This document shows, piece after piece, positions 26,520 through 37,400 of a stretch of DNA of 44,112 nucleotides. The translations under genes were made by a program, and so were the position numbers. This DNA is from a virus (taxonomy: Duplodnaviria; Caudoviricetes). Within the stretch, counting starts at the first letter, position 1, and every line of letters starts with the position of its first letter. The stretch spans positions 1 to 44,112 of IMG/VR virus record IMGVR_UViG_3300048599_000714. One strand, written 5' to 3'. The notes under the pieces were generated by a model. The model had not been told where the DNA came from. It saw only the letters and a program-made list of their open reading frames with translations, and searched no databases.

Positions 26520-28457
26520 ATGACGATCCACAAAATGACTGCTGCGGCCCCGGAAACTCGTTCGGAAGATATCATTGCTGGAAACATTAACCAGTTAAAA
26601 ACTCTATTCCCGCAAGCGTTTACAGAAGGCAAGATTGATTTCGATGTATTGCGCCAGCTACTGGGTGGATCCGTTGACGAACGCGAAGAAAAATATGGAC
26701 TGAACTGGTTCGGAAAACGAAAAGCGCGCCAACTCGCCCTTACCCCAAGCACTGGAACACTTCGTCCTTGCCCTGAAGATAGCATTAATTGGGATTCCAC
26801 ACAGAACATCATGATCGAAGGTGACAACCTGGAAGTCCTGAAACTTCTTCAAAAGAGCTATGCTGGCAAGGTTAAGTTAATTTATATTGATCCTCCATAT
26901 AACACAGGCAAAGATTTTGTTTATCCAGATAACTATCGTGACAATATCAACAACTACTTACAAATCACAGGACAAATTTCTGGTGGTCAAAAAATCACTA
27001 CTAATAGTGAAGCTAACGGTCGCTTTCATACAGACTGGTTAAACATGATGTATCCACGTCTAAAGCTGGCCAGAAATTTACTCCAAGATGATGGCGCTAT
27101 TTTTATCAGCCTTGATGATGCAGAATCGGCCAATATCCGAATGGTGTTAAATGAAATTTTTGGTGAAGAAATGTTTATTGGTGTATTTCCATGGAGATCA
27201 AGAACAGCAAAAGCTGATGTACCCTTTGGCGTATCGAAGGATGTTGAATGGGTAATCGCTTATGGAAAGACAAACTTTCTTGCAGGAAGAGAAGGGGAGC
27301 GGCGGTATTTCAAAACTGACGATTATGATGACAGATGGCGCTTAGCTGATTTGACCACACAAAGATCCAAAGATGAACGCCCTAATGCTTACTTTACAAT
27401 GGTGAATCCAAAAACCGGTGAGGAATATCCGCCCAACCCTATCCGAACTTGGTCAATCACAGTTGATACCTTCCCTGAATATTATAAAAAAGGGAAAATT
27501 GTTTTTCCAGGAGACTATGACTTTTTAAGTATCGCTAAACCCGCTTTCCGTGTTTTTGAGTCGGAAGATAAGGAAAAGGCTTTGAAGAAGCATGGAACCG
27601 AAGAAGTTCGCATGTCGATTTCCACTTATCTACCTGAAAAAGAAATGGGGCGCACAGAACACGGTTCCAAAGAAATTAGGGACTTGTTTGGAAGTCCAGT
27701 TTTTTCGTTCCCAAAACCTACTTCGCTTATTAAGTATTTCATTGAAAATTGTACGGATAAACAATCTATAGTGATGGATTTCTTTGCTGGATCTGGTACT
27801 ACCGGGCATGCAGTTATGGCACAAAACGCAGCAGATGGAGGTTCAAGACAGTATATTCTAGTACAACTTCCAGAGAAACTTGATCCCTCAGTCAATGAAC
27901 AGCGAACTGCAGCGGATTTCTGTGATCAATTGAGAAAACCACGCAATATTGCCGAACTTACAAAAGAGCGTCTGCGCCGAGCTGCCAAAAAGGTTAATGA
28001 GGAAAATCCTTCGTTTGTGGGAGATTTTGGCTTTCGTGTCTTTAAACTAGATACAAGCAATATTCAAGCATGGGAAGTAGATCGAGATAATCTTCCCATG
28101 ACCCTTGAAAATGCTGTCCAGCATCTAAAAACAAATCGAAGCGAATCAGATATTCTCTATGAGCTGCTACTCAAGCTTGGTCTTAAACTTAGCGTGTTTA
28201 TAACCACACGAACGATTGTTGGGAAAATTATTTACAGCATAGGGAAAGGTGTTCTTTTAGTTTGCCTGGCCGATCAAATCTCCCGGGAAGAGGCTGAACC
28301 TCTGGCGTTAGGGATTGTTGAATGGCATATAGAACTTGCGCCGGCAGGTGAAACAACCTGCGTCTTCCGTGACAGCGGTTTTGTTGATGATGTTGCCAAA
28401 AGTAATCTAACTGCCATTCTTGATCAGTATGGCCTGGCTAATGTGCGTAGCCTGTAG
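26520..28457 (+). CDS. mod: Type III RM modification methyltransferase
   Basis: IEGDNLEVLKLL, IYIDPPYNTG, DFFAGSGTT. Confidence 0.95.
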   Translation: MTIHKMTAAAPETRSEDIIAGNINQLKTLFPQAFTEGKIDFDVLRQLLGGSVDEREEKYGLNWFGKRKARQLALTPSTGTLRPCPEDSINWDSTQNIMIEGDNLEVLKLLQKSYAGKVKLIYIDPPYNTGKDFVYPDNYRDNINNYLQITGQISGGQKITTNSEANGRFHTDWLNMMYPRLKLARNLLQDDGAIFISLDDAESANIRMVLNEIFGEEMFIGVFPWRSRTAKADVPFGVSKDVEWVIAYGKTNFLAGREGERRYFKTDDYDDRWRLADLTTQRSKDERPNAYFTMVNPKTGEEYPPNPIRTWSITVDTFPEYYKKGKIVFPGDYDFLSIAKPAFRVFESEDKEKALKKHGTEEVRMSISTYLPEKEMGRTEHGSKEIRDLFGSPVFSFPKPTSLIKYFIENCTDKQSIVMDFFAGSGTTGHAVMAQNAADGGSRQYILVQLPEKLDPSVNEQRTAADFCDQLRKPRNIAELTKERLRRAAKKVNEENPSFVGDFGFRVFKLDTSNIQAWEVDRDNLPMTLENAVQHLKTNRSESDILYELLLKLGLKLSVFITTRTIVGKIIYSIGKGVLLVCLADQISREEAEPLALGIVEWHIELAPAGETTCVFRDSGFVDDVAKSNLTAILDQYGLANVRSL

Positions 28458-28466
28458 GTAACCTTT

Positions 28467-31436
28467 ATGAAACTACATTTTGAACCCAACCTTGATTACC
28501 AACTTCAGGCTATAGAGGCTGTTTGCGACTTATTTCAAGGGCAAGAGATTTGCCGTACTGAGTTTACTGTGACACGTAATACTGGCTCCCAAATGCAATT
28601 GGCAACCATGGAAACGGATCTTGGAATTGGTAATCGGCTTACCCTGCTGGATGATGAAATCATTGACAACTTACATGATATTCAACTGCGCAATGGGCTG
28701 CCGCCTTCCACGGCGCTGCGTTCTGGCGATTTCACCGTGGAAATGGAGACCGGCACGGGCAAAACGTATGTTTACCTGCGCTCGATCTTTGAACTGAACA
28801 AGCGCTTCGGCTTTACCAAGTTTGTCATCGTGGTGCCTTCGATCGCGATCAAAGAAGGCGTGTATAAATCGCTGCAAATCACCGAAGACCATTTCAAGGG
28901 TTTGTACGCAGGGGTGCATTATGAATACTTCCTGTACGATTCAAGCAAGCTCGGCCAGGTGCGCAATTTCGCTACCAGCCCGCATATCCAGATCATGGTA
29001 GTAACGGTTGGGGCGATCAACAAAAAAGATGTCAATAACCTGTACAAAGACAGCGAAAAAACCGGTGGGGAAAAGCCGATTGATTTGATCAGAGCTACCC
29101 GGCCTATTGTCATAGTTGACGAACCACAGAGTGTAGACGGCGGCCTGGAAGGGCAAGGCAAAAAAGCCCTGGATGAAATGAATCCTTTATGCACACTACG
29201 CTACTCGGCTACGCACGTAGATAAGCACCACATGGTTTACCGGCTAGACGCGGTTGACGCCTACGAACAGAAACTGGTCAAGCAGATTGAAGTCGCATCG
29301 GCCACGGTGGAATCCGGGCATAACCGTCCATATGTACGGCTTTTATCGGTTAGTAACAAACGCGGCCTAATCTCAGCTCGCATTGAAGTGGATGCCGAGA
29401 GTTCGCGTGGCGTCAAACGCCAGGAGCTACCTGTTCAGGACGGCGATTTGCTGGAACTTTTGACAAGTCGGGCCATTTACCACGATTGCCGTATCGGAGA
29501 AATCCGGGTAGCGAAGGATAACGAATACATGGAACTGCGCTATCCGGGCGGGGAAGTCTTCCTCAAACCAGGGCAGGCTTATGGTGATGTGGACAATCTG
29601 GCGGTTCAGCGCGAAATGATCCGCCGCACTATTCGGGAGCATCTGGATAAAGAACTACGCCTCCGCCCACAAGGCATCAAAGTGCTTTCGTTGTTCTTTA
29701 TTGAGCGGGTTGAGCTTTACCGTAAATACGATGAAAACGGGAACGCGGTTAAAGGCGAGTACGCACGCATCTTCGAGGAAGAGTACCGGCGCGCAGCGAA
29801 GATGCCAGAATACAACACGCTTTTCCAAGAAATGGATCTGAGCCACCCCGCCGAGGAAGTTCATAACGGCTATTTTTCGATTGATAAAAAAGGCGGCTGG
29901 ACGAACACGGATGAGAACAACCAGACCAGCCGAGAAAATGCTGAGCGCGCGTACAACCTGATTATGAAGGAAAAGGAAAAACTGCTCAGCTTCGATACGC
30001 CACTCAAATTTATCTTCTCCCATTCGGCGCTCAAAGAAGGTTGGGATAACCCCAATGTCTTTCAAATCTGTACCTTGCGGGATATTACCACGGAGCGTGA
30101 ACGGCGTCAGACGATCGGCAGAGGTCTTCGTCTGTGCGTCAACCAGGAGGGGGAACGGCTGCGCGGGTTTGAAATCAACACACTCACGGTCATTGCCCGC
30201 GAGAGTTATGAGGAATTCGCGGCCAACCTGCAAAAAGAGATCGAGGAAGATACTGGATATCAGTTCGGGATTGTGGAAGAACACCAATTCGCCGGGATCA
30301 AGATTCAGGGCGCGGATGGAGCTATTACTCCGCTTGGGTTTGAGAAGTCGAAGGAATTGTTCCAGCAATTGAAGGCGAAAGGCTATCTGGATGCGAAAGG
30401 CAAGGTAAACGACGCCCTGAGAACTGCTTTGAAAGATGGCACGCTCCAGGTGCCAGCAGCCTTCCAGGAGCAGGCGGATCAGATTACGGCAGTGTTGAAG
30501 AAGGCCGCGGGCAAGCTGGAGATCAAGAACGCTGATGACCGCAAACAGGTAAAAACGCGGCGAGCCGTGCTCAACAGCCCGGAATTCAAGGCGCTGTGGA
30601 ACCGGATTAAGCATAAGACAACTTACCGTCTGCATTTTGATAACGCGAAGCTGATTAAAGCATGCACAGAAGCTTTGCACGATGCCCCGCAAGTGGCAAA
30701 AACCCGAATCCAGTGGCGCAAGGCAGACCTGGCGATTGGAAAGGCCGGCGTAGAGGCAACCGAACGGGACGGGGCCGGAACGGTAGTGCTCACCGAGGAC
30801 GACATTGAGCTGCCGGATATTTTGACCGAACTGCAAGACCGCACGCAGCTCACGCGCCGTTCCATTTGCCAGATTTTGATCGACAGCGGCCGGTTAAACG
30901 ATTTCAAGCGCAACCCGCAGGAGTTCATTGATCTTGCCGCCGAGGCGATCAACCGCTGTAAACGGCTGGCAATAGTGGATGGGATCAAATACCAGAAATT
31001 AGGCAAGGACTACTATTATGGTCAAGAACTCTTCGAGACTGAAGAACTAACCGGTTATCTTAAGAATATGTTGAATACGAATAAATCGGTTTACGAGCAG
31101 GTTGTATACGATTCGGACACCGAACGAGCGTTCGCAGCGGATCTAGAAAAGAATGACGCAATCAAAATATATGCCAAGCTACCCGGCTGGTTCATTGTGC
31201 CAACCCCCCTAGGAAGCTACAATCCTGATTGGGCTATGCTGGTAGAAAAAGATGGGGAAGAACGGTTGTATTTTGTCGTTGAAACCAAAAGCGGGTTGTT
31301 TATGGATGATCTACGAGAAAAAGAAAGAGCAAAAATTGAATGCGGTAGAGCACACTTCCATGCAATTGCGGAGGGTGAGTCGCCGGCGCGGTATATTGTG
31401 GCAAGGAATGTAGAAGACGTGCTGACGAGTGAATAA
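28467..31436 (+). CDS. res: Type III restriction endonuclease subunit
   Basis: METGTGKT, DEPQ, LKEGWDNPNVFQIC, QTIGRGLRL, YNPDW..VVETK. Confidence 0.95.
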   Translation: MKLHFEPNLDYQLQAIEAVCDLFQGQEICRTEFTVTRNTGSQMQLATMETDLGIGNRLTLLDDEIIDNLHDIQLRNGLPPSTALRSGDFTVEMETGTGKTYVYLRSIFELNKRFGFTKFVIVVPSIAIKEGVYKSLQITEDHFKGLYAGVHYEYFLYDSSKLGQVRNFATSPHIQIMVVTVGAINKKDVNNLYKDSEKTGGEKPIDLIRATRPIVIVDEPQSVDGGLEGQGKKALDEMNPLCTLRYSATHVDKHHMVYRLDAVDAYEQKLVKQIEVASATVESGHNRPYVRLLSVSNKRGLISARIEVDAESSRGVKRQELPVQDGDLLELLTSRAIYHDCRIGEIRVAKDNEYMELRYPGGEVFLKPGQAYGDVDNLAVQREMIRRTIREHLDKELRLRPQGIKVLSLFFIERVELYRKYDENGNAVKGEYARIFEEEYRRAAKMPEYNTLFQEMDLSHPAEEVHNGYFSIDKKGGWTNTDENNQTSRENAERAYNLIMKEKEKLLSFDTPLKFIFSHSALKEGWDNPNVFQICTLRDITTERERRQTIGRGLRLCVNQEGERLRGFEINTLTVIARESYEEFAANLQKEIEEDTGYQFGIVEEHQFAGIKIQGADGAITPLGFEKSKELFQQLKAKGYLDAKGKVNDALRTALKDGTLQVPAAFQEQADQITAVLKKAAGKLEIKNADDRKQVKTRRAVLNSPEFKALWNRIKHKTTYRLHFDNAKLIKACTEALHDAPQVAKTRIQWRKADLAIGKAGVEATERDGAGTVVLTEDDIELPDILTELQDRTQLTRRSICQILIDSGRLNDFKRNPQEFIDLAAEAINRCKRLAIVDGIKYQKLGKDYYYGQELFETEELTGYLKNMLNTNKSVYEQVVYDSDTERAFAADLEKNDAIKIYAKLPGWFIVPTPLGSYNPDWAMLVEKDGEERLYFVVETKSGLFMDDLREKERAKIECGRAHFHAIAEGESPARYIVARNVEDVLTSE

Positions 31437-31529
31437 CGCACAGTTCTAAAGCAAGACTTAAGCAACAAGTTTACTATTGATAGTGAGATTAAAGCATCGG
31501 AGAAAACAAAAAGCCATTCAAGTAAAAGG

Positions 31530-32642
31530 ATGCCATATATGTCAACGCCATCAGACACTCTGTGGGAAATGGAACCGCATACCGGTGCAAAGCATGCGAT
31601 TCTTAGGCGGTATCTCGGCGCCTGGTTTGGGATCATGGGGACAACAAATCCCCATATCGTTTATTTAGATGGCTTTTGTGGCCCTGGCCGTTATAAAGGT
31701 GGCGAAGATGGTTCTCCCATACTTGCTATTAAACTCGCCCAAGAACACCATCAGAAAAATCACCTCCACGAAGTCACATTCCTTTTTGTGGAAGAGCGAA
31801 AAGACAGAATTGAACACTTACAGAATGAATTGTCGGGATTGCCTGTACCGCCTGCTACGCTTCATATTTCCGTAATCCATAATCAATTCGATAACACGTT
31901 ATTGGAATTATTGGATGACTTGGACACAAGAGGGGCAAAACTTGCTCCTACATTTGCTTTTATAGATCCATTCGGTTTTAAAGGCGCCCCGTTCAAACTG
32001 GTGCAACGGCTTCTAAAAAACCCGAAAACAGAAGTCTTTATCAACATTATGGCCGACTCAATTAATCGGTTTCTTGACCATCCTGATCCGCTGATAAAAA
32101 ATCATATAGTTGATTTATTTGGCACGCCTCAGGTTCTTCAGATCATAAATACTGGAAGAAATGGCATTGCGCAACTGAGAGGGTTATACCAGGCTCAATT
32201 AGAAAAATGCGCGAAGTTCGTCAGATATTTTGAGATGCGTGATGAGGATAATCGGGTCATTTATTACCTGTTCTTTGCTACCAATAACCGGCTTGGTCAC
32301 ATAAAAATGAAAGAGGCCTTCTGGAAAGTGGACAGCTCCAACGGTTACCACTTCTCAGATGCAACGAATGCCAATCAACTAGTCTTATTTGAGGAAGACC
32401 CTTCAAAAAGCCTAGCTGAATTGCTTACAACTCAATTCCAGGGGCAAAGGATTACTGTTTCGGTAATACAAGAATATGTCGAGGACCATACTCCTTACCT
32501 GGCCTCCCATATGAAAAAGGCTTTTCGCCAGTTAGAAGAACAAGATAGGCTTTGTGTTGACCCTTGCAAGCAAGGCGGGGCAAAGAGAAAAAAGGGGACT
32601 TTTCCTGAAGGCGTGGTTGTCACCTTTCCAAACAATGTTTAA
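31530..32642 (+). CDS. tcmP: Three-Cys-motif partner protein (SAM-MTase-like)
   Basis: HTGAKHAILRRYLGAW, YLDGFCGPG, GSP, FAFIDPFG, MKEAFWKVD; adjacent to DUF5131. Confidence 0.85.
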   Translation: MPYMSTPSDTLWEMEPHTGAKHAILRRYLGAWFGIMGTTNPHIVYLDGFCGPGRYKGGEDGSPILAIKLAQEHHQKNHLHEVTFLFVEERKDRIEHLQNELSGLPVPPATLHISVIHNQFDNTLLELLDDLDTRGAKLAPTFAFIDPFGFKGAPFKLVQRLLKNPKTEVFINIMADSINRFLDHPDPLIKNHIVDLFGTPQVLQIINTGRNGIAQLRGLYQAQLEKCAKFVRYFEMRDEDNRVIYYLFFATNNRLGHIKMKEAFWKVDSSNGYHFSDATNANQLVLFEEDPSKSLAELLTTQFQGQRITVSVIQEYVEDHTPYLASHMKKAFRQLEEQDRLCVDPCKQGGAKRKKGTFPEGVVVTFPNNV

Positions 32643-32679
32643 TTTCAGAACGTTTGTGCTACAATAATTCAGAAAGGCG

Positions 32680-33396
32680 GTGATCATGTCATCTTCAAAA
32701 ATTGAATGGACTGATTCAACCTGGAATCCGCTAACCGGTTGTAATAAGGTAAGCACTGGATGCAAATATTGTTACGCGGAAAGGATGGCTGCACGTCTGA
32801 AAGCAATGGGCAATCCGAATTACCGGAACGGTTTTCAATTGACCCTACACGAACATGCTCTTAATTTGCCCCTTACCTGGAAAACACCGCAATTTATCTT
32901 TGTAAACTCGATGAGCGATCTTTTCCATGAAGATGTGCCGCTTGAATTTATTCTGCGTGTCTTCGACGTGATGAGACAAGCATCCTGGCACTCATTTCAG
33001 GTGCTTACGAAGCGATCACAACGGTTAGCGGAACTGTCTCCGGAAATTCAGTGGCCAGATAATGTTTGGATGGGTGTGAGTGTTGAAAACGCAAATTACA
33101 CATATCGTATTGATCATCTTCGCCAGACGCAAGCCAAAATAAAGTTTCTTTCCCTTGAGCCTCTTCTTGGTCCTTTACCTCAACTGAATCTTACGGGGAT
33201 CAATTGGGTAATTGTTGGTGGAGAGTCGGGGCCATCAGCAAGGCCGATGGATGAAGAATGGGTCATTGAAATCAAAGATCAATGTTTGACTCATAACGTT
33301 CCCTTCTTCTTTAAACAATGGGGAGGGAGGAACAAGAAAAAAGCCGGAAGGTTGTTGGAAGGACGCACGTGGGATGCAGTTCCCACAGCTTTATAA
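32680..33396 (+). CDS. DUF5131 (phage Gp37/Gp68) radical-SAM-like protein
   Basis: [13 protein letters not shown]-x6-C-x2-C ([14 protein letters not shown]), [20 protein letters not shown]. Confidence 0.92.
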   Translation: MIMSSSKIEWTDSTWNPLTGCNKVSTGCKYCYAERMAARLKAMGNPNYRNGFQLTLHEHALNLPLTWKTPQFIFVNSMSDLFHEDVPLEFILRVFDVMRQASWHSFQVLTKRSQRLAELSPEIQWPDNVWMGVSVENANYTYRIDHLRQTQAKIKFLSLEPLLGPLPQLNLTGINWVIVGGESGPSARPMDEEWVIEIKDQCLTHNVPFFFKQWGGRNKKKAGRLLEGRTWDAVPTAL

Positions 33397-33426
33397 TCTT
33401 ACCAAGCGTGAACAAGAAGGAAAAAG

Positions 33427-34005
33427 ATGCCCTTTATTGCCATAGACAAAAATTCAGGAAATCGAATTGATATCCTAACCGTGAGTGATCCTCGGCGTAC
33501 TTTGAAATCCTCCGATTGTGCTTGTCAATTGTGTGGTGCGTCTATGTTTATAAAAGCTGGTCCTCTCATTCGCCCCCATTTTTCCCATTATTCTGACTGC
33601 AAGAGCGATTACAAAATAGGCCATGTTGAGACTCCCGAACATCTTTACGGGAAGATGGAACTTAAGCAACTGTTAAAAGAACAATTCAGTAACCTGGATC
33701 GCATTGAAATTGATTATGAGGTTGCTATCCCTGAAATTAAAAGGATTGCCGACGTTTTGGTTACCTTTCCAATGGGGTGGAGGATGGCCCATGAAATTCA
33801 ACTTGCGAATATTAGCACCGATGAATTAGAGGAACGAACCAATGACTACCTTAGAGCCGGAATCGACGTTTACTGGTGGCTCGGAAAATCAGCAGATAAT
33901 CTTCAAAATCGATCTTGGTGTATCGACAAATTTGGATTCAGTCTCTCTATTAGCTTTATTACCAACCGGCAAACTGAGACTTTCTCACTCACACAAATTT
34001 CTTAG
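33427..34005 (+). CDS. CoiA-like PD-(D/E)XK nuclease with N-terminal Zn site
   Basis: CQLCG..PHFSH..C, ETPEH..K, RIADV..AHEIQ, LEERTNDY..GIDVYW. Confidence 0.8.
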   Translation: MPFIAIDKNSGNRIDILTVSDPRRTLKSSDCACQLCGASMFIKAGPLIRPHFSHYSDCKSDYKIGHVETPEHLYGKMELKQLLKEQFSNLDRIEIDYEVAIPEIKRIADVLVTFPMGWRMAHEIQLANISTDELEERTNDYLRAGIDVYWWLGKSADNLQNRSWCIDKFGFSLSISFITNRQTETFSLTQIS

Positions 34006-34420
34006 TTTATGTGTTAAATTGCTCGAGATATACCGCCGGGATATTGGCGTCCAAGAACGAGAAGTTTATCCTCCATCAGAAGAAGATCGGCAGTATGAGA
34101 CAAAATATTGGCTTTGGGAATATATTAAACATACCGCCATCGTCCGATTCTTTGAAATTTGGGGGGATATTCCAATGCCAAATCAGCGAATTTATTCGGG
34201 ATTAGGAATCAACGAAAACACGAGATCCTCGGTTTCCGGCATGATCAGTATCCTTAGCCAAGATCAAGCGATAAAAAAAGACGTTTACGGGAAATGGCTT
34301 TTTGCGAAGAAAAGACCCACCCGAAGGCAATATCGTTATCGAGCGGATTTGCCAGATTCCGCTATTCAAAGGTGTAAAGAAATCGCCTTGGAGCAAGCCA
34401 GAAAAAGAAAAACTAGCTGA
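33842..34420 (+). CDS. Hypothetical protein (start uncertain; 164-nt overlap with CoiA-like gene)
   Basis: Open frame fills the gap up to the terminator; basic, possibly wHTH-like C-terminus. Confidence 0.5.
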   Translation: MTTLEPESTFTGGSENQQIIFKIDLGVSTNLDSVSLLALLPTGKLRLSHSHKFLSLCVKLLEIYRRDIGVQEREVYPPSEEDRQYETKYWLWEYIKHTAIVRFFEIWGDIPMPNQRIYSGLGINENTRSSVSGMISILSQDQAIKKDVYGKWLFAKKRPTRRQYRYRADLPDSAIQRCKEIALEQARKRKTS

Positions 34421-34442
34421 GTAGCTCATTATCGGCTTAACG

Positions 34443-34478
34443 AAACACAGGCCCTGATGTCAATCAAGGCCTGTGTTT
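34443..34478. terminator. Bidirectional terminator between convergent operons
   Basis: AAACACAGGCC..GGCCTGTGTTT. Confidence 0.75.
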
Positions 34479-34480
34479 TA

Positions 34481-37400
34481 TTAAATTCCCAATCCCATCT
34501 GACCCTCCGGCACCACCTCCCTTCTCGATTTTCTCCTCCCCACCACAACCTTCTCCACCATCCAGTCCGACCAGGTCATTATCTTTTCGCCTGGCAAGAT
34601 CGCCGCACTCGGTGTGGTCATGCTGCCCAGCGGGTTGTTACTCACCTTCATCTCGTCGGCGAACAGGGTTTGCAGGTCGGGCAGATCTGCACCGTTGAGC
34701 ACCTCGCGGGCCAACTCCGTCAACAGATCTCCGTCCTCTTCTGGCACGATCGCGCCGCCGACCTCGTCTCCGTACAACAGTTGGGCAGCTTTCATCTTTG
34801 CACCCATCAGAGATAAGGCTCGCGCCTCCATCGTTCCGTTGTAGACCGAGAAAATGGCTCGCACCGGTCGAACCTGGCCCAGACGCCACACCCGGCGAAC
34901 GGCCTGCCAGAGGGTGTAAAGCGAGTAGGTAATTTCAAAAAACACCACTGAGGAAAACTGGACCAGATCGAGACCGGTTTTTACCAGTTCTGGATTACAG
35001 ACCAGTACATCCAGCCGGTCGGCTCGTTTGGCGATCCAGTCCTCCCGCTTGCGTGGGTCCACATTGCCGCCCAGTACCGTCACGCGCAGGCCGTTCTCTT
35101 CCAGCGGCAGCACCAGGTGATCCTGGATGTCGCGCTTACCGGTCTGGCGCACGTACACCAGCACCTTGCGGCCTTGCAGCTTCTCAGCCCGGCAGAAATT
35201 CGCCAGCCAGCCCTCTTTCGGCAGCCACTTGTGGCCGTTCGGGTTGATCGCCGGCAGTTCCATCAGCGGAACGTGGCGCACTACTTCACCCTTCTTGTTC
35301 AGCTCGTCCACGATAATGGTTTCGTCGCGGAAAGCCGAGTTGGGACGCGCCAGGCTCCATTGCAGCCAGGTCGAGAGGTAACGGTTGGATTGCAACGCCA
35401 TGGACCTGAGCGAGCTGTCCATCTGGTGGTACTGCTGCAACTGGGCATCCAGCATGGTCAGGGTGCTGACCTCCTCCTTGTACTCCGGCAGCGCCAGCCC
35501 CAGGTCCTTCAGGCTGAGGAACACGGTTGTGTCCAGCAGCCGGTTGACGATGGCCGGGCTGACGCCCGGTTGCTCTTTGGCCTGATTGCGGTAGCGCCGG
35601 TTGCCTGTGGACACGCCGTCCTCGTCTTCCTCCTCATTTCGTCGCCGGCGGCGCTGTGTTTCGAGCACGCCGTACAGCCGCGCCCAACGCTTTTCGTCGT
35701 GGAAGGCGAAGTCGCGCCGGACGCCGGCATTCAGCCGGTGCAGCAGCCAAAAAATCGACGTTGAGCGGCCACCGAAGAACGTCCCCGTGAGGGTGAGCGT
35801 CGACCGGCAGGCCGTGATCAACTGGTGGAAGGCGATACCCCGGTCGGAGCTCTTGCCTTTATACTCGTGGGACTCGTCTGCGCAGAGTAGCTTGAACGCG
35901 CCTTTGGCGTGTTTGGCAATGTACTCCGCCAGCGACCAACGCCGCGCCCCACCGAAGCGGAACAGCGGCGTATTGCAGGGGCGTGCGCCCCAAATGGTAT
36001 TGCCCTGCTCGTCGCGTTTCAAGCGACCGTCCGCCCCAAGCTGCCAGCCAGGAACGGATGCCCGGCAGAAGCGGCGTTTCCCTGCCAGTTCTTCCGGGTC
36101 GATGATGTATGCGCCTTCGTCGCCATAAACGGGCGCTCTACAGGCTGGACAGACGCACGCCGTTGTGATCTGGCCGGTTAATGGGTCGCGCACTTTTCGT
36201 TTCACCACCGCCGGTTCCCACCCCGAGCCGATCTTGGCCGAGGTGTTGGCCATCACTGCCACTGCTTTCTTGCCCAGCCGGCCGCTTTGCCAATCGTTCA
36301 AAAAGCTGCGCACGTCGTTCACGTCAGCGCGTTCGTCTCCTGACCGGCCAATGCGGCGCAGCTCGCGCGCCTGCGCCCCTGGAATCACCTCTTCGATCTC
36401 GCGGATCCACTTGGGAACCAGGTGCGGCGGGCAGAGGATCAGCGCCGGGTAAGCGCCTAAGAGTTCGATGGTAGATGCGGCGATCCCAGTTTTGCCCGTG
36501 CCCATCTCCGCCTGGATGTTTGCCACGCCGTTCTTGCGGATACAGCGTGCGACTGCAGCGGCGGCGTGCCGTTGGGTTGGAAGCAACCCCGGCTCGGACT
36601 GCCCGGGCAGCGCCCTGCGGCCCTTGCCAAGGGTATTCAGAACGGCGACTTCCGCGGAGGTGGGGTCCAGGTTGTAGAGCGGCCGGTAGGTTTCCAGTAC
36701 GTGCGCCGCAATCTTGTCGCCGTGCGCCCGCATGAAGTTGGCCAACCCTTTCACGTCCTTGATGATTTGAATGCCCTCCTTGTTCAGCACGGCAATCGTA
36801 GTGATGAAACGGTCGCGGTAGATCTCGGTAACCGTCTCGCCATCGCCATTGTCGTGTTCGTCCACTTTCTCGACCACCTTTACCACCCGGCCCTTAATTA
36901 GCATCGGGCGGCCTTTTTCATCGGTCAGGCGAACCGTGCCCATCATGCCCGAGGCCATCAACATAGCGATGTGGCCACGCTTGAGCGGCATCACCGGGCG
37001 GGTCAGTTCGGCCTTTCCCCGCATTGGATTGAGCAGGTCGAGCCATTCTTTCGAGCAGTGAACGCCGTTCGCCCGCGTTGCCTCGACGATTTCCTCCGGT
37101 TCCCAATCGCTGCGCTTGAACAGCACCGGTTTCCCATTTGCGCCACGCTCAGGAGCGGGCAATAACCGGTACACCGGTTCAGCAAGTGGTTCCAGGACCG
37201 GCAAGGCTTCATTCGCCATGGCCTGGATCGCCAGGATCTCCTGATCGGTCGCCGCCTGGTAACCCTTTCGCCGGTATCCCAGCACCACCACCTGTTTGAA
37301 GGTTTCGTACTCCCCGTCCGGGAAGCGCCCAACCGTCAGGCATTCGTAATAGTTGGTCAGCAGGCGCGCCACTTCCACCAACCCCAACACTTTCTGGGGG

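Noticed and set aside
26520-28457. Phase-variable mod (phasevarion)
   Set aside because: No simple-sequence repeat tract seen in or upstream of mod.
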